DNA from: an uncultured virus (IMG/VR IMGVR_UViG_3300023210_000012)
Lineage: Duplodnaviria; Heunggongvirae; Uroviricota; Caudoviricetes
Virus record (IMG/VR): IMGVR_UViG_3300023210_000012
Direction: 5' to 3' (one strand)
Length of the DNA stretch: 56,751 nt
The notes beneath the pieces were generated by a model, which saw only the letters and a program-made list of their open reading frames with translations, ran no database searches and had not been told where the DNA came from. Each line of letters begins with the position of its first letter. Position 1 is the stretch's first letter. The position numbers and the translations under genes were made by a program. Positions 35,402 through 45,671 of this stretch are shown piece after piece.

Positions 35402-37612
35402 CTATGCCAGTTCTGCGATCAAGAGGCCCGTGTCGCCCTCGTCAATGCCCGCGCTCGCCGTGTCGAGGATCACGCTGTAGAGCGTCCTACCGCCGTCTGG
35501 GGTCAGATTGATAACAGTGTTCGCACTGATCGACGGCTGACCCGCCGCGTAGGGAGTGAGCCCCTCTAGCTCAAAGCCTGCGCCTGAATTGTAGACGTAC
35601 CCGCGCTCAGTTGCGCCCAAGGCTCGTGTCCAAATTGCAAGCTCGTCAATCACTCCGTTGAATGGCGCGACTTGACTCACCGAGTCTCCGATCCAGAACG
35701 GAGTAGCGGTGGCTGCATTGGCTACGAATGCAGTGGACGCACGCTCGACCCCGTCTACGAAAATCTTGATCGTATCTCCGTCTGCGACCACCATGACGTG
35801 CTGGAGGGTCGCAGCGGTAATGTCCCCCGTAGGTGTGAGGACTATGCCTGTGCCGTTGTAGACGAACTCAACTTCTCCTGTGGGTTCGACGTAGAGAGTC
35901 CAGCCTCCAGGGTTGCTATATTTCTCGCAGATCACGGAGCGCGTGGCCAGCGACGTGAGATTGATCCACGCGGAGATCGTGTAGTGGCCGACCAACTCAA
36001 GAGCGGTGAGATCAGTAGGGCTCGTTTCGGCGTGGACGCCGTCCACGCCCGCTAGCGAGTAACCGTTCCCAAACCTCCCGGTCGCGTAGGCTTCAGCGCC
36101 TGAGTAGGTGAGGTGCCGAAGGTTGGGGGAGGAGTCGTCACCGTTGTCGTTGAATTTGTAGTAGACCTCCAGGTCAAGGTCGAGCAATGGCTTGGTTAAC
36201 GTGAGAGACGCAGCAACGATAGGAACGATAGTGGTCGGTGCGCCTTGGTTGTCGGAGCCTCTGAACTGGAGAGTCTTGGCTGTATCTGCTCCTGCTGCGC
36301 GGAAGAATATCTGAGTGCCACCCGAGACTTCAGCGGGTGGATTCGCGATGTCGCCGATTGAGATTCGCGCCGTGCTGGGTGTACGGTGTCCCCCACCCGC
36401 CGTCACGTAGGGGATCGCGTAGTTGTCGGAAATCCCAGCACCCGCACCGACCGACTCGATCTCTGCTCCGATACCCTTCCACTCCCAGCACTCGGTAGTG
36501 CCGCCAGGGAGCCAGGTGTAAATGAACGTGCGAACAGTGCCAGGGGCAGTGACGATGTCTACGAAAACAGAGAAGCGGCGAATCTCGCTCGCGGCCCCGC
36601 CACCGGCTGCGTATTTATCTGCCCCTTCGACAGCACCCAAGACTGTCGCTTGGATCTCCGAGAACGAAGGGGAACCGCCGGTTGCGTTTTGAATGCGTCC
36701 GACACGGACACCGGGGATACCGCCACCACCGTTCGTGTCGCCAGACATGAAGACGATCAGGTCTCCAGTGGCCGGGTCAGTGAACATGGCCGAGTGACCG
36801 TAGGCTCCCGTGTTACCAGCGGCAGCTTCGCCAAACTGATTCGTAGCGGTCTGGACGGCTGCGAACGAACCAGCGAGTTTAGCCACGCTGTAGCCTGCCG
36901 TCCCTGGTGTCCAGCCGAACACGAACAAGACGCTGTCGTGAACGTGCAGCCCGTAAGAGCAGCCTGGGTTGACCGCGTCGAAGAGAGCTACAGGGTCGTA
37001 GCGCGTGAGCAGCCCCGTACTGAAATCGAACTGGGTGATACAGCCGTTGCCCGCAGAATCAGAATGACGGATATGCGACCAAACGATTGAACTCTTGAAG
37101 GCAATAGCCTGACCCGCCTGGAGAACGGTCGCCCCCGTTGCAGCAATCACGCCCGTCGAGATCCAGTTCGATCCGCTGACGCCGTCTGTCGTACTAAACG
37201 CCATGATCCTGTTGCCGGTAGTGTTCTTGAGATAGCAGAGCGTTGGGACGCCATTCGGGTGAAGAACAAACAGTCCACTGGTCGCGCCAACCTGTAGAGC
37301 CTCGTCACCAGCCTCAGAAACTAGGCCCCACTGTTCAACCCCACCTTGACCTCTCCGGTAGCAGCCAGACTGATTCAAGCCCCCGGCTGTTGAGGCGGTG
37401 AGCGCGTAGCGGTCGTCCCTGAATTCCACGGCGCGGTTGAAGGCGATAGTTCCCGCGTGTGCTGCGGCCTCTGCCTGTGCCACGGCAGCGCCGCCCGTGC
37501 CCAAATCAGCCCCGTCCTGAGCGCCAAGACTAGCGCCGCCCAAGAGAACGGACACAATCGGAGCCGCGCCTTCGATAAGTACGACTATCTGTGCTGCTGG
37601 CGTGTTAGCCAT
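35402..37612 (-). CDS. Structural/receptor-binding protein with a LamG (concanavalin A-like) domain
   Basis: YYKFND..DSS, TISAWI, IFVDG, FNGVIDELAIWTRAL. Confidence 0.85.
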   Translation of the reverse strand: MANTPAAQIVVLIEGAAPIVSVLLGGASLGAQDGADLGTGGAAVAQAEAAAHAGTIAFNRAVEFRDDRYALTASTAGGLNQSGCYRRGQGGVEQWGLVSEAGDEALQVGATSGLFVLHPNGVPTLCYLKNTTGNRIMAFSTTDGVSGSNWISTGVIAATGATVLQAGQAIAFKSSIVWSHIRHSDSAGNGCITQFDFSTGLLTRYDPVALFDAVNPGCSYGLHVHDSVLFVFGWTPGTAGYSVAKLAGSFAAVQTATNQFGEAAAGNTGAYGHSAMFTDPATGDLIVFMSGDTNGGGGIPGVRVGRIQNATGGSPSFSEIQATVLGAVEGADKYAAGGGAASEIRRFSVFVDIVTAPGTVRTFIYTWLPGGTTECWEWKGIGAEIESVGAGAGISDNYAIPYVTAGGGHRTPSTARISIGDIANPPAEVSGGTQIFFRAAGADTAKTLQFRGSDNQGAPTTIVPIVAASLTLTKPLLDLDLEVYYKFNDNGDDSSPNLRHLTYSGAEAYATGRFGNGYSLAGVDGVHAETSPTDLTALELVGHYTISAWINLTSLATRSVICEKYSNPGGWTLYVEPTGEVEFVYNGTGIVLTPTGDITAATLQHVMVVADGDTIKIFVDGVERASTAFVANAATATPFWIGDSVSQVAPFNGVIDELAIWTRALGATERGYVYNSGAGFELEGLTPYAAGQPSISANTVINLTPDGGRTLYSVILDTASAGIDEGDTGLLIAELA

Positions 37613-37791
37613 TAGACGACCACCGGAGCAGACAGGACTTCGTTATGAGGCTGGCCTGCAACATTGCAGATTTTGTCACCCTGCACGACGTTTTGCGCCT
37701 CGACCATACCCTTACCAAGCACATCGATTAGGTGTGCGTTATCCTCAACATGGGCACTAGTGCCGTTACCTAAATCAAATGTTACAGCCAT
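37612..37791 (-). CDS. Small hypothetical protein
   Basis: Start moved to MAVTF, giving TAATG coupling at both ends. Confidence 0.6.
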   Translation of the reverse strand: MAVTFDLGNGTSAHVEDNAHLIDVLGKGMVEAQNVVQGDKICNVAGQPHNEVLSAPVVV

Positions 37792-38132
37792 TAGGAGATC
37801 CTGTTCACCCAACCGAACACTGATACGACAGCGGTCGTATCAGCAAAAGCTCGGACTACGAGGCTGTTGGTCATGGGCGTGCCAGGAACAATCAGCACCG
37901 GCCCACCATCAGCGGTGAGGGTAACGGTGATCAGATCACCAGCGGTTACGCCGCCAAGCTCGATAGTGAGTACGACATCGCCCGTATGCCGGTTTAGCGC
38001 GTAGAGCCATACCTCATCGATCGCCGAGGCATCAGCGGTGTGTAAGAGATCACCAGCGGTGGCTGTTTGCACCACAGAAACGGGGCGTCCATCAGTACTG
38101 CCTGAGAGAATTACCTTTGAAAATGTAGCCAT
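37791..38132 (-). CDS. Small beta-rich virion-associated protein
   Basis: MATFSKVILSGSTDGR...DEVWLYA...VRAFA; lies inside the fibre operon. Confidence 0.7.
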   Translation of the reverse strand: MATFSKVILSGSTDGRPVSVVQTATAGDLLHTADASAIDEVWLYALNRHTGDVVLTIELGGVTAGDLITVTLTADGGPVLIVPGTPMTNSLVVRAFADTTAVVSVFGWVNRIS

Positions 38133-38140
38133 TGGCGTCC

Positions 38141-40033
38141 CTACCTAAAGACCTGGTTGGCGATAATGTGGTTGTCCGAGTCAGTAGCAGTGGCCACATC
38201 AAGTTCATTGATGGCCTCGACAAGGGTCTGTGCCGTCGTGGTCAGCGCGGGCCCAGAGGTCGTTGCGTCCGTAAGCGGATAGGATGTGCCACTAGACGTG
38301 AGGAGAATACGGCCAGGATTCCCTGCACCATTCTCATTACCAGGCAGAAGCGTGACGTCCCCACCGTCGTTGTTCGTCGGACCGTTGGCGTTACCAGCGG
38401 AAATGGTCACGGTTCCAGGAACCGTGTCTCCTGCGGGGTCGGTGCAGGAGATTGAGAGCGAATCGCCCGGCGCGGCCGTCAGTTCCTGGCCTGCTGCAAT
38501 CAGGATATCGTTGGCGCCGGTGGTGTTTCCAAGTCCAAGAACGGTGGCCAGGTCTGGTGTGCCAGCCGTCTCAATCGTGTTGACGGCGCGAACCACCGAG
38601 AACCCGGCCACTGTGCCGGTAAAGGCCAGGTGGCCGACTTCGTTAAATGGGATAGCGGTGCTGCCACGCGCAGCTAGGTCTAGGTCGCCTGCCGCCCCGG
38701 CCGTGAGTCCCAGCCCGACGGTGGCTGTGATCGCGCCATCACCGATCGTGACAGCGCTCGTTCCTCCCTCCGCGACTACACCGCTAGTTCCGATGAAGAC
38801 GGTTCTTGGGCGAGTCGCCGCCGATGCGCCGATGTCATAGGTGTTATCGACTCCGGCCACGAGGTGGCCGGTCGGACCGACGATCCACCTATCGGTGTTT
38901 CCGGTTCGGAGGCGTAGCTCGCCATCAGTTCCTGAGCCAAGGGCGCGACCCGCCTCCAGTGTGAGGACACCGCCGTTCTCAACCCCATCGGCATTTCCAC
39001 CACGGAGGAGAACAGATAGGACCGCGTCCACTCCAGTTCGGTCCGCAGCGTCTTCAGCTCTAAACTCGGCCGTTCCGCCGTTTACAGTGGCCTTTAGCCC
39101 TCGAATGCCGGTAGAGCCGTAGATGGCGAGCTCATTTGAGGCCCCTCCAATAAGCATCATCCGGTTGGCGGTATTGTCCCTGAGCACCAGCTCCGAGGTG
39201 CTCGCATCCCAGAATAGGATCCCTGTCTGAACTCCGGTCAGCGTAGCGTCGTTGCCAAAGATGAAGTCACCCTCGGCTGCGGTCAGTGCGGTATTGCGGC
39301 CCACCCTAAGAGCCCCTGGGTCTGCAAGGAGCTCAATGACCTTATTTGCAGACGTATCGTAGAGGTTGACGGCTCCATCAACGTCCATGACAAGGGGGTT
39401 CGCGTAGTTTCCACGGAACTCGATCTTGCCGTCTGTTCCTATACCGTTCTTTGCTCCAGCGGTAAGGACGACAGCTCCACCATTATCGTTGGAGAGCGCT
39501 ACAGCATCGCCCCCAGAGAGGCTCAGGTCAGTTGCCGCTCCGGAGATCACTAATAGAGCGGCGCTGCCGGTGACCGCTCCAGTGTTGACTGTGACCGTGT
39601 CCCCGATGATGATGCTGGTCTTTACATAAATCGTATCGGGTCGGAGCAGAGTCGCCCCCGCGTCCGGTGTCCCGATTCCCCAACCACCATCAGACTGGCC
39701 GATGATGTTGTCAGCATCGGTCATCTCGATGTCGTTCCCGCCGGTTGTGGGATCGATCACGAGCGCGACTAGGAGCCCCCCATTCGGACCAATGGGGCCG
39801 ATGGGACCAACAGGCCCGATAGGGCCAATGGGCCCTTGAATTACCGTTGTTCCGGTCGATGAAGGCCCTGTCGTCTCGATGATTTGCTCAATCCCGAGCA
39901 GTCTTACAACAGAAGGGTTCGAGGTTAGAGCCTCGAAAACAGCCCCCGGCTGGTAGCTGATCGAGATGCCCCCGTCCTCTACCACTACTGGTAGAGCAGA
40001 GACTACAAGATAAGTCTTGGTGGACGCTGACAT
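38141..40033 (-). CDS. Fibre protein with a collagen-like segment
   Basis: GPIGPIGPVGPIGPIGPNG (39779-39835); DNTYDIGAS..RPR; LVEAINEL. Confidence 0.78.
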   Translation of the reverse strand: MSASTKTYLVVSALPVVVEDGGISISYQPGAVFEALTSNPSVVRLLGIEQIIETTGPSSTGTTVIQGPIGPIGPVGPIGPIGPNGGLLVALVIDPTTGGNDIEMTDADNIIGQSDGGWGIGTPDAGATLLRPDTIYVKTSIIIGDTVTVNTGAVTGSAALLVISGAATDLSLSGGDAVALSNDNGGAVVLTAGAKNGIGTDGKIEFRGNYANPLVMDVDGAVNLYDTSANKVIELLADPGALRVGRNTALTAAEGDFIFGNDATLTGVQTGILFWDASTSELVLRDNTANRMMLIGGASNELAIYGSTGIRGLKATVNGGTAEFRAEDAADRTGVDAVLSVLLRGGNADGVENGGVLTLEAGRALGSGTDGELRLRTGNTDRWIVGPTGHLVAGVDNTYDIGASAATRPRTVFIGTSGVVAEGGTSAVTIGDGAITATVGLGLTAGAAGDLDLAARGSTAIPFNEVGHLAFTGTVAGFSVVRAVNTIETAGTPDLATVLGLGNTTGANDILIAAGQELTAAPGDSLSISCTDPAGDTVPGTVTISAGNANGPTNNDGGDVTLLPGNENGAGNPGRILLTSSGTSYPLTDATTSGPALTTTAQTLVEAINELDVATATDSDNHIIANQVFR

Positions 40034-40083
40034 GGCTACTCCGCCGGGGAAGCTGCAGTTACAGCATCAGTATACACCAGCTG

Positions 40084-41523
40084 CTAGCTGAGCATCACCA
40101 TGTGAAAATCGGTAATGTCACCCCCACCTGTGGAGTGGCGGAAGGCCAGGTAGGTATTGGCCGCAGCCTTGGTGAAATAGGCGCTATCGCCCACTGCGGT
40201 CAAAAGAGCCAATTCTGCCGTGAACACAGGAGAAGCTCCGGCGTAAGCAATACCGGTCGAGTTCGTGATACCGCTACTGACCGAGAGCGTAGGCGTGACG
40301 ACGCTCGTTCCGAAGTAGCCTGTGCGAGGACGAGTAGTACCAGAGGCACCAATGTCGTAGGCGTTGTCGGCAACCGCAACGAAGTGTCCCGCGCTCAACA
40401 TCTCCCAGCGGCTGGTGCTGAATTGGGCGCCCGTAGGCGTAGTCCCAAACTGGAGCTTTCCTGGTGCCGAAGTAGCACCAGGGACACCGTCCGCGATAAC
40501 TCGGATGGCACCAAGCTGCATCATGCCGTCACCACCAGCGCTTGGGTGGTAGCCAAAGCCGGACACGGAGAGAGCGGTATCGCCATTAAGGTAGACCGTA
40601 GGAGAGCCTGGTGTGCCGCGAGCCTTCAACCCCCTGAAGGTGCCGCCAGCAGTGTTCGCTGATATGCGGTAGTGGTCAAACCCGCCAGCACCAGTAGCCG
40701 TTACAGAAAGCGGTGTCGCTGCGCCATAAAGCGCATCACCAACACGAAGCAGTTTTGCGCTCGCGTCCCAGGACATCTCATTGGTGCCATCACCTGCGGA
40801 TAGATCGCCATCTGCAGCCGCAGAAGTTGCGCTCCCGAAGTTTGCGCGTCCGCCGCCGATTTGCTGGCCACTAGTGATGACGATGCTAGTCGGCCCTGTG
40901 GTGTTTCCCGCAACGAGAACCGCAGGCAAATCAATTGAGATCGCTGCAATGGCCGCATCAAGCTCGTTGATAGATCCGACGATTGTCTGGTTTGTCGTGT
41001 CGAGCGTCAGCTCCGTAGCCTCATTTAAGGCGATTGCGGTCCCTCGCCCGGTGAGGGTCAGATCAGAGGTCGCACCAGTCGAGGACAGCGCCAAAGCGCC
41101 GCTTCCCACAATGGAGTTGGTATCGATGGTGATCGTGTTCCCAACCACGATCTGCGTTCCAACGTAGATATTTGCGGGCCGTCTAGCTCCAGGTTGGCCA
41201 ATACTCCATCCACCGTCAGTGGCACCAATGAGGTTGTCCCCATTGGACATGATGATCGGGTTACCACCGGTGATATTTCCTACACCCAGTACAGCCTGGA
41301 GGCTGTTAATGCCGGTGGTGTTGTCAATTACGAACCCAGAAGGGGAGGGGCCGAACGACTCAACAATATGCTGCGCTGCGAGCAGCCGAACTACAGATGG
41401 GTTGTTCTCACTAGCAGTGAAAAACTCTCCCGCCTCGTAGCTTGTAGTAGTCCCAAGCGCCAAGTCCTCGACCACGATTGGGGTCTGAGAGATGACGACG
41501 TAAGTCTTGACAATCCATGCCAT
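40084..41523 (-). CDS. Fibre protein, paralog of 38141..40033
   Basis: Start moved to MAWIVK (GGGAGG RBS, promoter motif); shared N-terminus and DNAYDIGAS..RPR motif. Confidence 0.78.
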   Translation of the reverse strand: MAWIVKTYVVISQTPIVVEDLALGTTTSYEAGEFFTASENNPSVVRLLAAQHIVESFGPSPSGFVIDNTTGINSLQAVLGVGNITGGNPIIMSNGDNLIGATDGGWSIGQPGARRPANIYVGTQIVVGNTITIDTNSIVGSGALALSSTGATSDLTLTGRGTAIALNEATELTLDTTNQTIVGSINELDAAIAAISIDLPAVLVAGNTTGPTSIVITSGQQIGGGRANFGSATSAAADGDLSAGDGTNEMSWDASAKLLRVGDALYGAATPLSVTATGAGGFDHYRISANTAGGTFRGLKARGTPGSPTVYLNGDTALSVSGFGYHPSAGGDGMMQLGAIRVIADGVPGATSAPGKLQFGTTPTGAQFSTSRWEMLSAGHFVAVADNAYDIGASGTTRPRTGYFGTSVVTPTLSVSSGITNSTGIAYAGASPVFTAELALLTAVGDSAYFTKAAANTYLAFRHSTGGGDITDFHMVMLS

Positions 41524-41662
41524 AGGTGATGCCCTCCCCAGATAAGGGACTGAAGCATCAGTATACACCGGCGACTAGCGATAAGTCCCAGGCAGGTCGA
41601 GTATCCTGCTCGTCCGCAGAGGCCGAGAAGGGTAGAAGTAATCAACGACTGGAGGTGTAGGG

Positions 41663-41908
41663 ATGGATCAGCAGAATTCAGAGCTCAAAATGTTCAAGCA
41701 CGGCGAAACTGTAAGGTTCATAGGTGACGGCTGGACGCCAAGTCAGCGACAGTGCCTCTGGGTCGTGGAGTTCGAGAACAGGGATCGCGACGACTGGGGC
41801 GCATCAAACGTGAAGGTATACCGACAGACAGACCCAGACTGCATTATCTGGGCGCCTCGACGGTTAATCACGACGGCAACCGTGTTGGACTTGCTGGCTA
41901 GTGTCTAG
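41663..41908 (+). CDS. Hypothetical protein
   Basis: 81-aa ORF with GGAGG RBS. Confidence 0.6.
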   Translation: MDQQNSELKMFKHGETVRFIGDGWTPSQRQCLWVVEFENRDRDDWGASNVKVYRQTDPDCIIWAPRRLITTATVLDLLASV

Positions 41909-42135
41909 TGACGCCTGCGGGCCCGCTTAAGACCCTTCGGTCGGTCGAGCTTGGGAATGTTCCCATAGTAGATTTCGCCGTAGCAAGAGCCGCAGAAGGC
42001 GCCTGATCTCTTCCCTACTAGCTTGATCTTGGTGGCCTTGGTTCCACACCCGGCCATACAGGGGAGACGCCTGTGGGCGACCTCCTCCTTGATCCACGCG
42101 ACCCATTCTCGGTCGTGTTTTGGTACCACAAACAT
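41905..42135 (-). CDS. Small basic protein with a Cys motif
   Basis: AGGAGG RBS; CMAGC...CGSC. Confidence 0.62.
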   Translation of the reverse strand: MFVVPKHDREWVAWIKEEVAHRRLPCMAGCGTKATKIKLVGKRSGAFCGSCYGEIYYGNIPKLDRPKGLKRARRRH

Positions 42136-42380
42136 TGCATCCTCCTAGGATTACGGGATTTAGGGGTCCGTTGGTACGTACCCTGGGCCCGTAATTCAAC
42201 TAGGAGGGCTGGTGAAAGCTCCTGTGACGCCCGGCGTCGATTCGGATTGCAGTTCGTGGAATTCGCATGACTTAGTTGCGGATACTAGGCCCCCGCACAG
42301 GCTTGTCGAATTAGAAAGCTACCATCTCAGTGCGGCTAAGGAAGAGACTGGAACAGATTGGTTAGGTATCCGTACATGAA

Positions 42381-42408
42381 GAAACCCCCGTCTAAGACGG
42401 GGGGTTTC
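42381..42408 (-). terminator. Intrinsic terminator after the tail sheath gene
   Basis: GAAACCCCCGTC / GACGGGGGGTTTC stem. Confidence 0.75.
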
Positions 42409-42431
42409 GACAGAGGCCGAGTGACCGGGCC

Positions 42432-45365
42432 TTAGACCGACGCCTGCGAACTAGCAGTGCCAGCTGGCTGAGACAGCGTGAAGATCACGAACTCAGCTGG
42501 CTTGTTCGGCGAGAAGCCAATGTCGATCAGGACCTTGCCCTGGTCGATCGTCACCGAGCTGTTGTTGTTCGCGTTGCACTTGATGAAGAACGCTTCTTCC
42601 TGAGTGTTCCCGAAGAAGTAGCCCAAACGGAAGAGCGAGCTGTAGTAGCCCCGGAGAGCCGTTTCGATCTTCTGCCAGAGTGCCGGTCCGTTGTTCTCGA
42701 ACACGGTCCACTGAAGCTGCAACGACGTGGTGTACATCAGGAAGTTGTTGAGGAGGCGAGCATTGACGTAGCGCCAGCGCGGCTCCTTCGACAGAGAACG
42801 AGCACCGTTGATGATGAACCCCGTAGCCGCAGTAGACGGCAGCGGGTTGACCCTAGACTGGTAGAGGTTGTCCTGGTCCAAGCGAGTGAGCTTGAACTCA
42901 GGTCCGACCGTTCCAGCAGCGTCCAGCGCTCCATCGACGACACCGGCAGGTGACTTGCCGATGTTCTTGTTCCGAGCCGTCTTCGCGATCACGCCTGCGG
43001 CAAAGCCACTGGCGGGAATGAGCTCGGGCAGGTCGGTCGAGTCGTTGATGAAGTAGACGTTCGGGTAGTAGATAGCCGCGTTCTTCGTGTTGAAGGCCTG
43101 GGTCACCAGCACATACTGGATCGCCTCGGGCACCGTAGTGCCGTTAGCTAGCGCGAAGAGCGCGAACCTATCTTGACGGGCATCGCAGAAGTCTACGATG
43201 TCTGCCTGTACGAACGCTGAGCCCTCGAAGTCTGGCACCACCACGTTAAGAGGTTCCTCAACGAGATCCAGGGCGTAAATACCCGTCTTGGTCCCATCCA
43301 GCGTCGGGTTCGATATCTCGTTCCGCGAGATAACCGTTCCATCAGTTCCACCAGTCATCTGGAACTGAATTGCGGACGACAGCTTGGTGTATGACGCCGT
43401 GATCGGTGTCGCAGCCGGTGGCGGCGAAACCCAGGTGAAGTCCAAGGCTCCAGTAGCGTAGTTGATTGTGTTCGTGCCAGTGGCATCAACATCACCAACA
43501 ATCGCGCCCAGGCCGTTGTCCTCGGCATACTGACCAGTCTGATACCAGGAATTGATAGTCGAGCCCGTGAGGGGCGCGAACACTGTCGTCATCGAGACGG
43601 CACCAGTATCAGCGTTGATCGTGGACGTAGCCGTCACGTCGCCGAGCAGGTTTCCAGTCGTGTTCGACCAGACGTTACCGAGGCAGACGTAGTCGAGGAA
43701 GAAGAACGTCCCCGCCAGAGGAGCCACGAGAGTCGTGACCTCGATCAGCCCAGAGCCAACTGAAAGGTTGGTTGCGCTGTCGGTCAGGTCGATCAGGTTA
43801 ATTCCAGCGCCATCGATAGATCCGAGGAGAGGGACATCCTGTTCCACTTCACTGGCGTAAGCCAGATCGACCGTTCCAGTTCCAGGCCCATCGGTCGTGA
43901 AAGCGCCTGCGATGAACGGGCCACCTGTGACACCGCCCACCTTCCATACACTTCCCAAAATGGACAGGATCGTTCCTGTTACACCACCCTGAGAGACGAC
44001 GTTACCAACGATGTTGGTGCCACCAAGGCCACTGACCTCAAGGGTCTCGACGGCGTCCTTAGTGATGAGGTTGGAGACGGCGTGGTTAGCGTCGACATCG
44101 GAAAGCGCTACGAGCGGCGCCGTGATACCGGTCATCAAACCAGAAGCGTAATCAACGGTCCCACCGAGTGGGAGGGAGCCACTGCCGCCGGTCAGATTAC
44201 CAGCACCGTCATCGGTGATAGTCGCCAGGCCAACGCCATCAACATTCACCGAAATGGCGAGCGTTCCTGGGTGAACTTCTGTGGACGACAAGGCCACGCC
44301 TGACAAGTCATAGACTGCGGCCACACCACCAGTGGTCGACAGCGTCTGAGTCACGGCCGCAGAGCCAGCATACTTCAGGCTGAAGCTGGTAATTTCCTGG
44401 TGGACCGGGTTGTCCACAACACCAGCGTTGAAGGTGAAGACCTTGTTGACGCCGTCTACGAGACCAGCGCTAGCAGGAAGCACCTCGTTGGTGAGAAGCT
44501 GCTTCTGGTAGAAGACGCGGGCTGAGCCCTCAACCACTGGAAGGTTAGTAAGCTGGAGCGTGAAAGCTGTATCCGTGCCGTTAATCGTTCCGGTCGTAGG
44601 AGTGTGGGCCAGGAACTTAGTCGTCCCGGACACCGCAATCAACTTCAACGTGTTCTCCAGAACAGGTACGTTCTGGATAGTCGTTGTGAATTGGGAGGCA
44701 AGAGGAGCCCCACCACCAGTGCCCACTGACTCGGCTAGTACGGTGACAGGGAGCATCCCTGAAGGTACGCCACCTACGCCAATGGTCGTGGTGACCAGGA
44801 GACTCGGACGGCGGGGGTCCGCAATCACGTTCAGAAGATAGTCCGGAGCAGCCGGATCATCGAACTGAATTGCCTCGTAGGTTTCCACAGCATCATCGAA
44901 CGCCGGGTTGAAGTCGGCGGGGGCGAGGATCTGGAGATCGTACTTGTCCCACGAATTCGTGGTGAAGTTGAGGAAGTTCCTGTTTCCGCTTACACGGATT
45001 TTCAGGTCGTTGCCCCAGAGACCCTGGCCGTTGGCCGTAAAGGTCCACTTCTCCGGTCCGGGAGTGTCATCGATGGCCACCGACGCGAAGGTCGAGTCGG
45101 CGGGTGCGATGCGGTTAACCCATGCTCGCTCTCCACCAGTTCCGAAGAACCCACGAATCTCCTGAGGAACTACACCGCGTGTGTTGGACGGACCGAACAC
45201 ACGAGTAAAGTCCTCAACCGAGCGGATCTCGATTGGGAAGTTGGTGGGGCCCTTCTGGGTCCAACCGACGATGCCCATTTTTGCGGGCGAGAACTGATCA
45301 GGGGCACGTGCTGGAGCCTTCTCCTGGCCGTAAACACCTGCTGACCGATATTGAATAATCGGCAT
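42432..45365 (-). CDS. Contractile tail sheath protein
   Basis: SAGVYGQE, GWTQKGP, AAIYYP, WRYVNAR, VFENN, GF.PNKPAEFVIF. Confidence 0.93.
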   Translation of the reverse strand: MPIIQYRSAGVYGQEKAPARAPDQFSPAKMGIVGWTQKGPTNFPIEIRSVEDFTRVFGPSNTRGVVPQEIRGFFGTGGERAWVNRIAPADSTFASVAIDDTPGPEKWTFTANGQGLWGNDLKIRVSGNRNFLNFTTNSWDKYDLQILAPADFNPAFDDAVETYEAIQFDDPAAPDYLLNVIADPRRPSLLVTTTIGVGGVPSGMLPVTVLAESVGTGGGAPLASQFTTTIQNVPVLENTLKLIAVSGTTKFLAHTPTTGTINGTDTAFTLQLTNLPVVEGSARVFYQKQLLTNEVLPASAGLVDGVNKVFTFNAGVVDNPVHQEITSFSLKYAGSAAVTQTLSTTGGVAAVYDLSGVALSSTEVHPGTLAISVNVDGVGLATITDDGAGNLTGGSGSLPLGGTVDYASGLMTGITAPLVALSDVDANHAVSNLITKDAVETLEVSGLGGTNIVGNVVSQGGVTGTILSILGSVWKVGGVTGGPFIAGAFTTDGPGTGTVDLAYASEVEQDVPLLGSIDGAGINLIDLTDSATNLSVGSGLIEVTTLVAPLAGTFFFLDYVCLGNVWSNTTGNLLGDVTATSTINADTGAVSMTTVFAPLTGSTINSWYQTGQYAEDNGLGAIVGDVDATGTNTINYATGALDFTWVSPPPAATPITASYTKLSSAIQFQMTGGTDGTVISRNEISNPTLDGTKTGIYALDLVEEPLNVVVPDFEGSAFVQADIVDFCDARQDRFALFALANGTTVPEAIQYVLVTQAFNTKNAAIYYPNVYFINDSTDLPELIPASGFAAGVIAKTARNKNIGKSPAGVVDGALDAAGTVGPEFKLTRLDQDNLYQSRVNPLPSTAATGFIINGARSLSKEPRWRYVNARLLNNFLMYTTSLQLQWTVFENNGPALWQKIETALRGYYSSLFRLGYFFGNTQEEAFFIKCNANNNSSVTIDQGKVLIDIGFSPNKPAEFVIFTLSQPAGTASSQASV

Positions 45366-45368
45366 GAC

Positions 45369-45671
45369 TTACTCCCCGCCGCCCGAAGGCTGCTTTTTGG
45401 TTGACTTCTTGGACTTCTTGGCCACGGCAGGAGTTGGAGCTGCCTTAGCTGGCTGAGACGATGACGCTACGTCGATCTTCTTGGCAAAGGTCGGGATCTC
45501 TCGATCAGTGACCTTGCGGATCGAGTTGTTTCGCAAGAGGCGGGCAACTGATGCGTTGGTTGGGTGCGAGGTGAACATGAACCCTGCTGGGTAGCTCACG
45601 ACGTTACCGTTCGCGAATTCCACCGTGACAGCGTTTCGTGACACCACTTGATAAGTCTGATCGCGTTTCAT
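45369..45671 (-). CDS. Small protein upstream of sheath sharing the fibre N-terminal module
   Basis: TYQVVS...VSYPAG..F....NASVARLL. Confidence 0.72.
   Translation of the reverse strand: MKRDQTYQVVSRNAVTVEFANGNVVSYPAGFMFTSHPTNASVARLLRNNSIRKVTDREIPTFAKKIDVASSSQPAKAAPTPAVAKKSKKSTKKQPSGGGE

Noticed and set aside
28266..45365. Bacterial extracellular contractile injection system
   Set aside because: Portal, RNR, DnaX, HU/IHF and homing endonucleases point to a phage.
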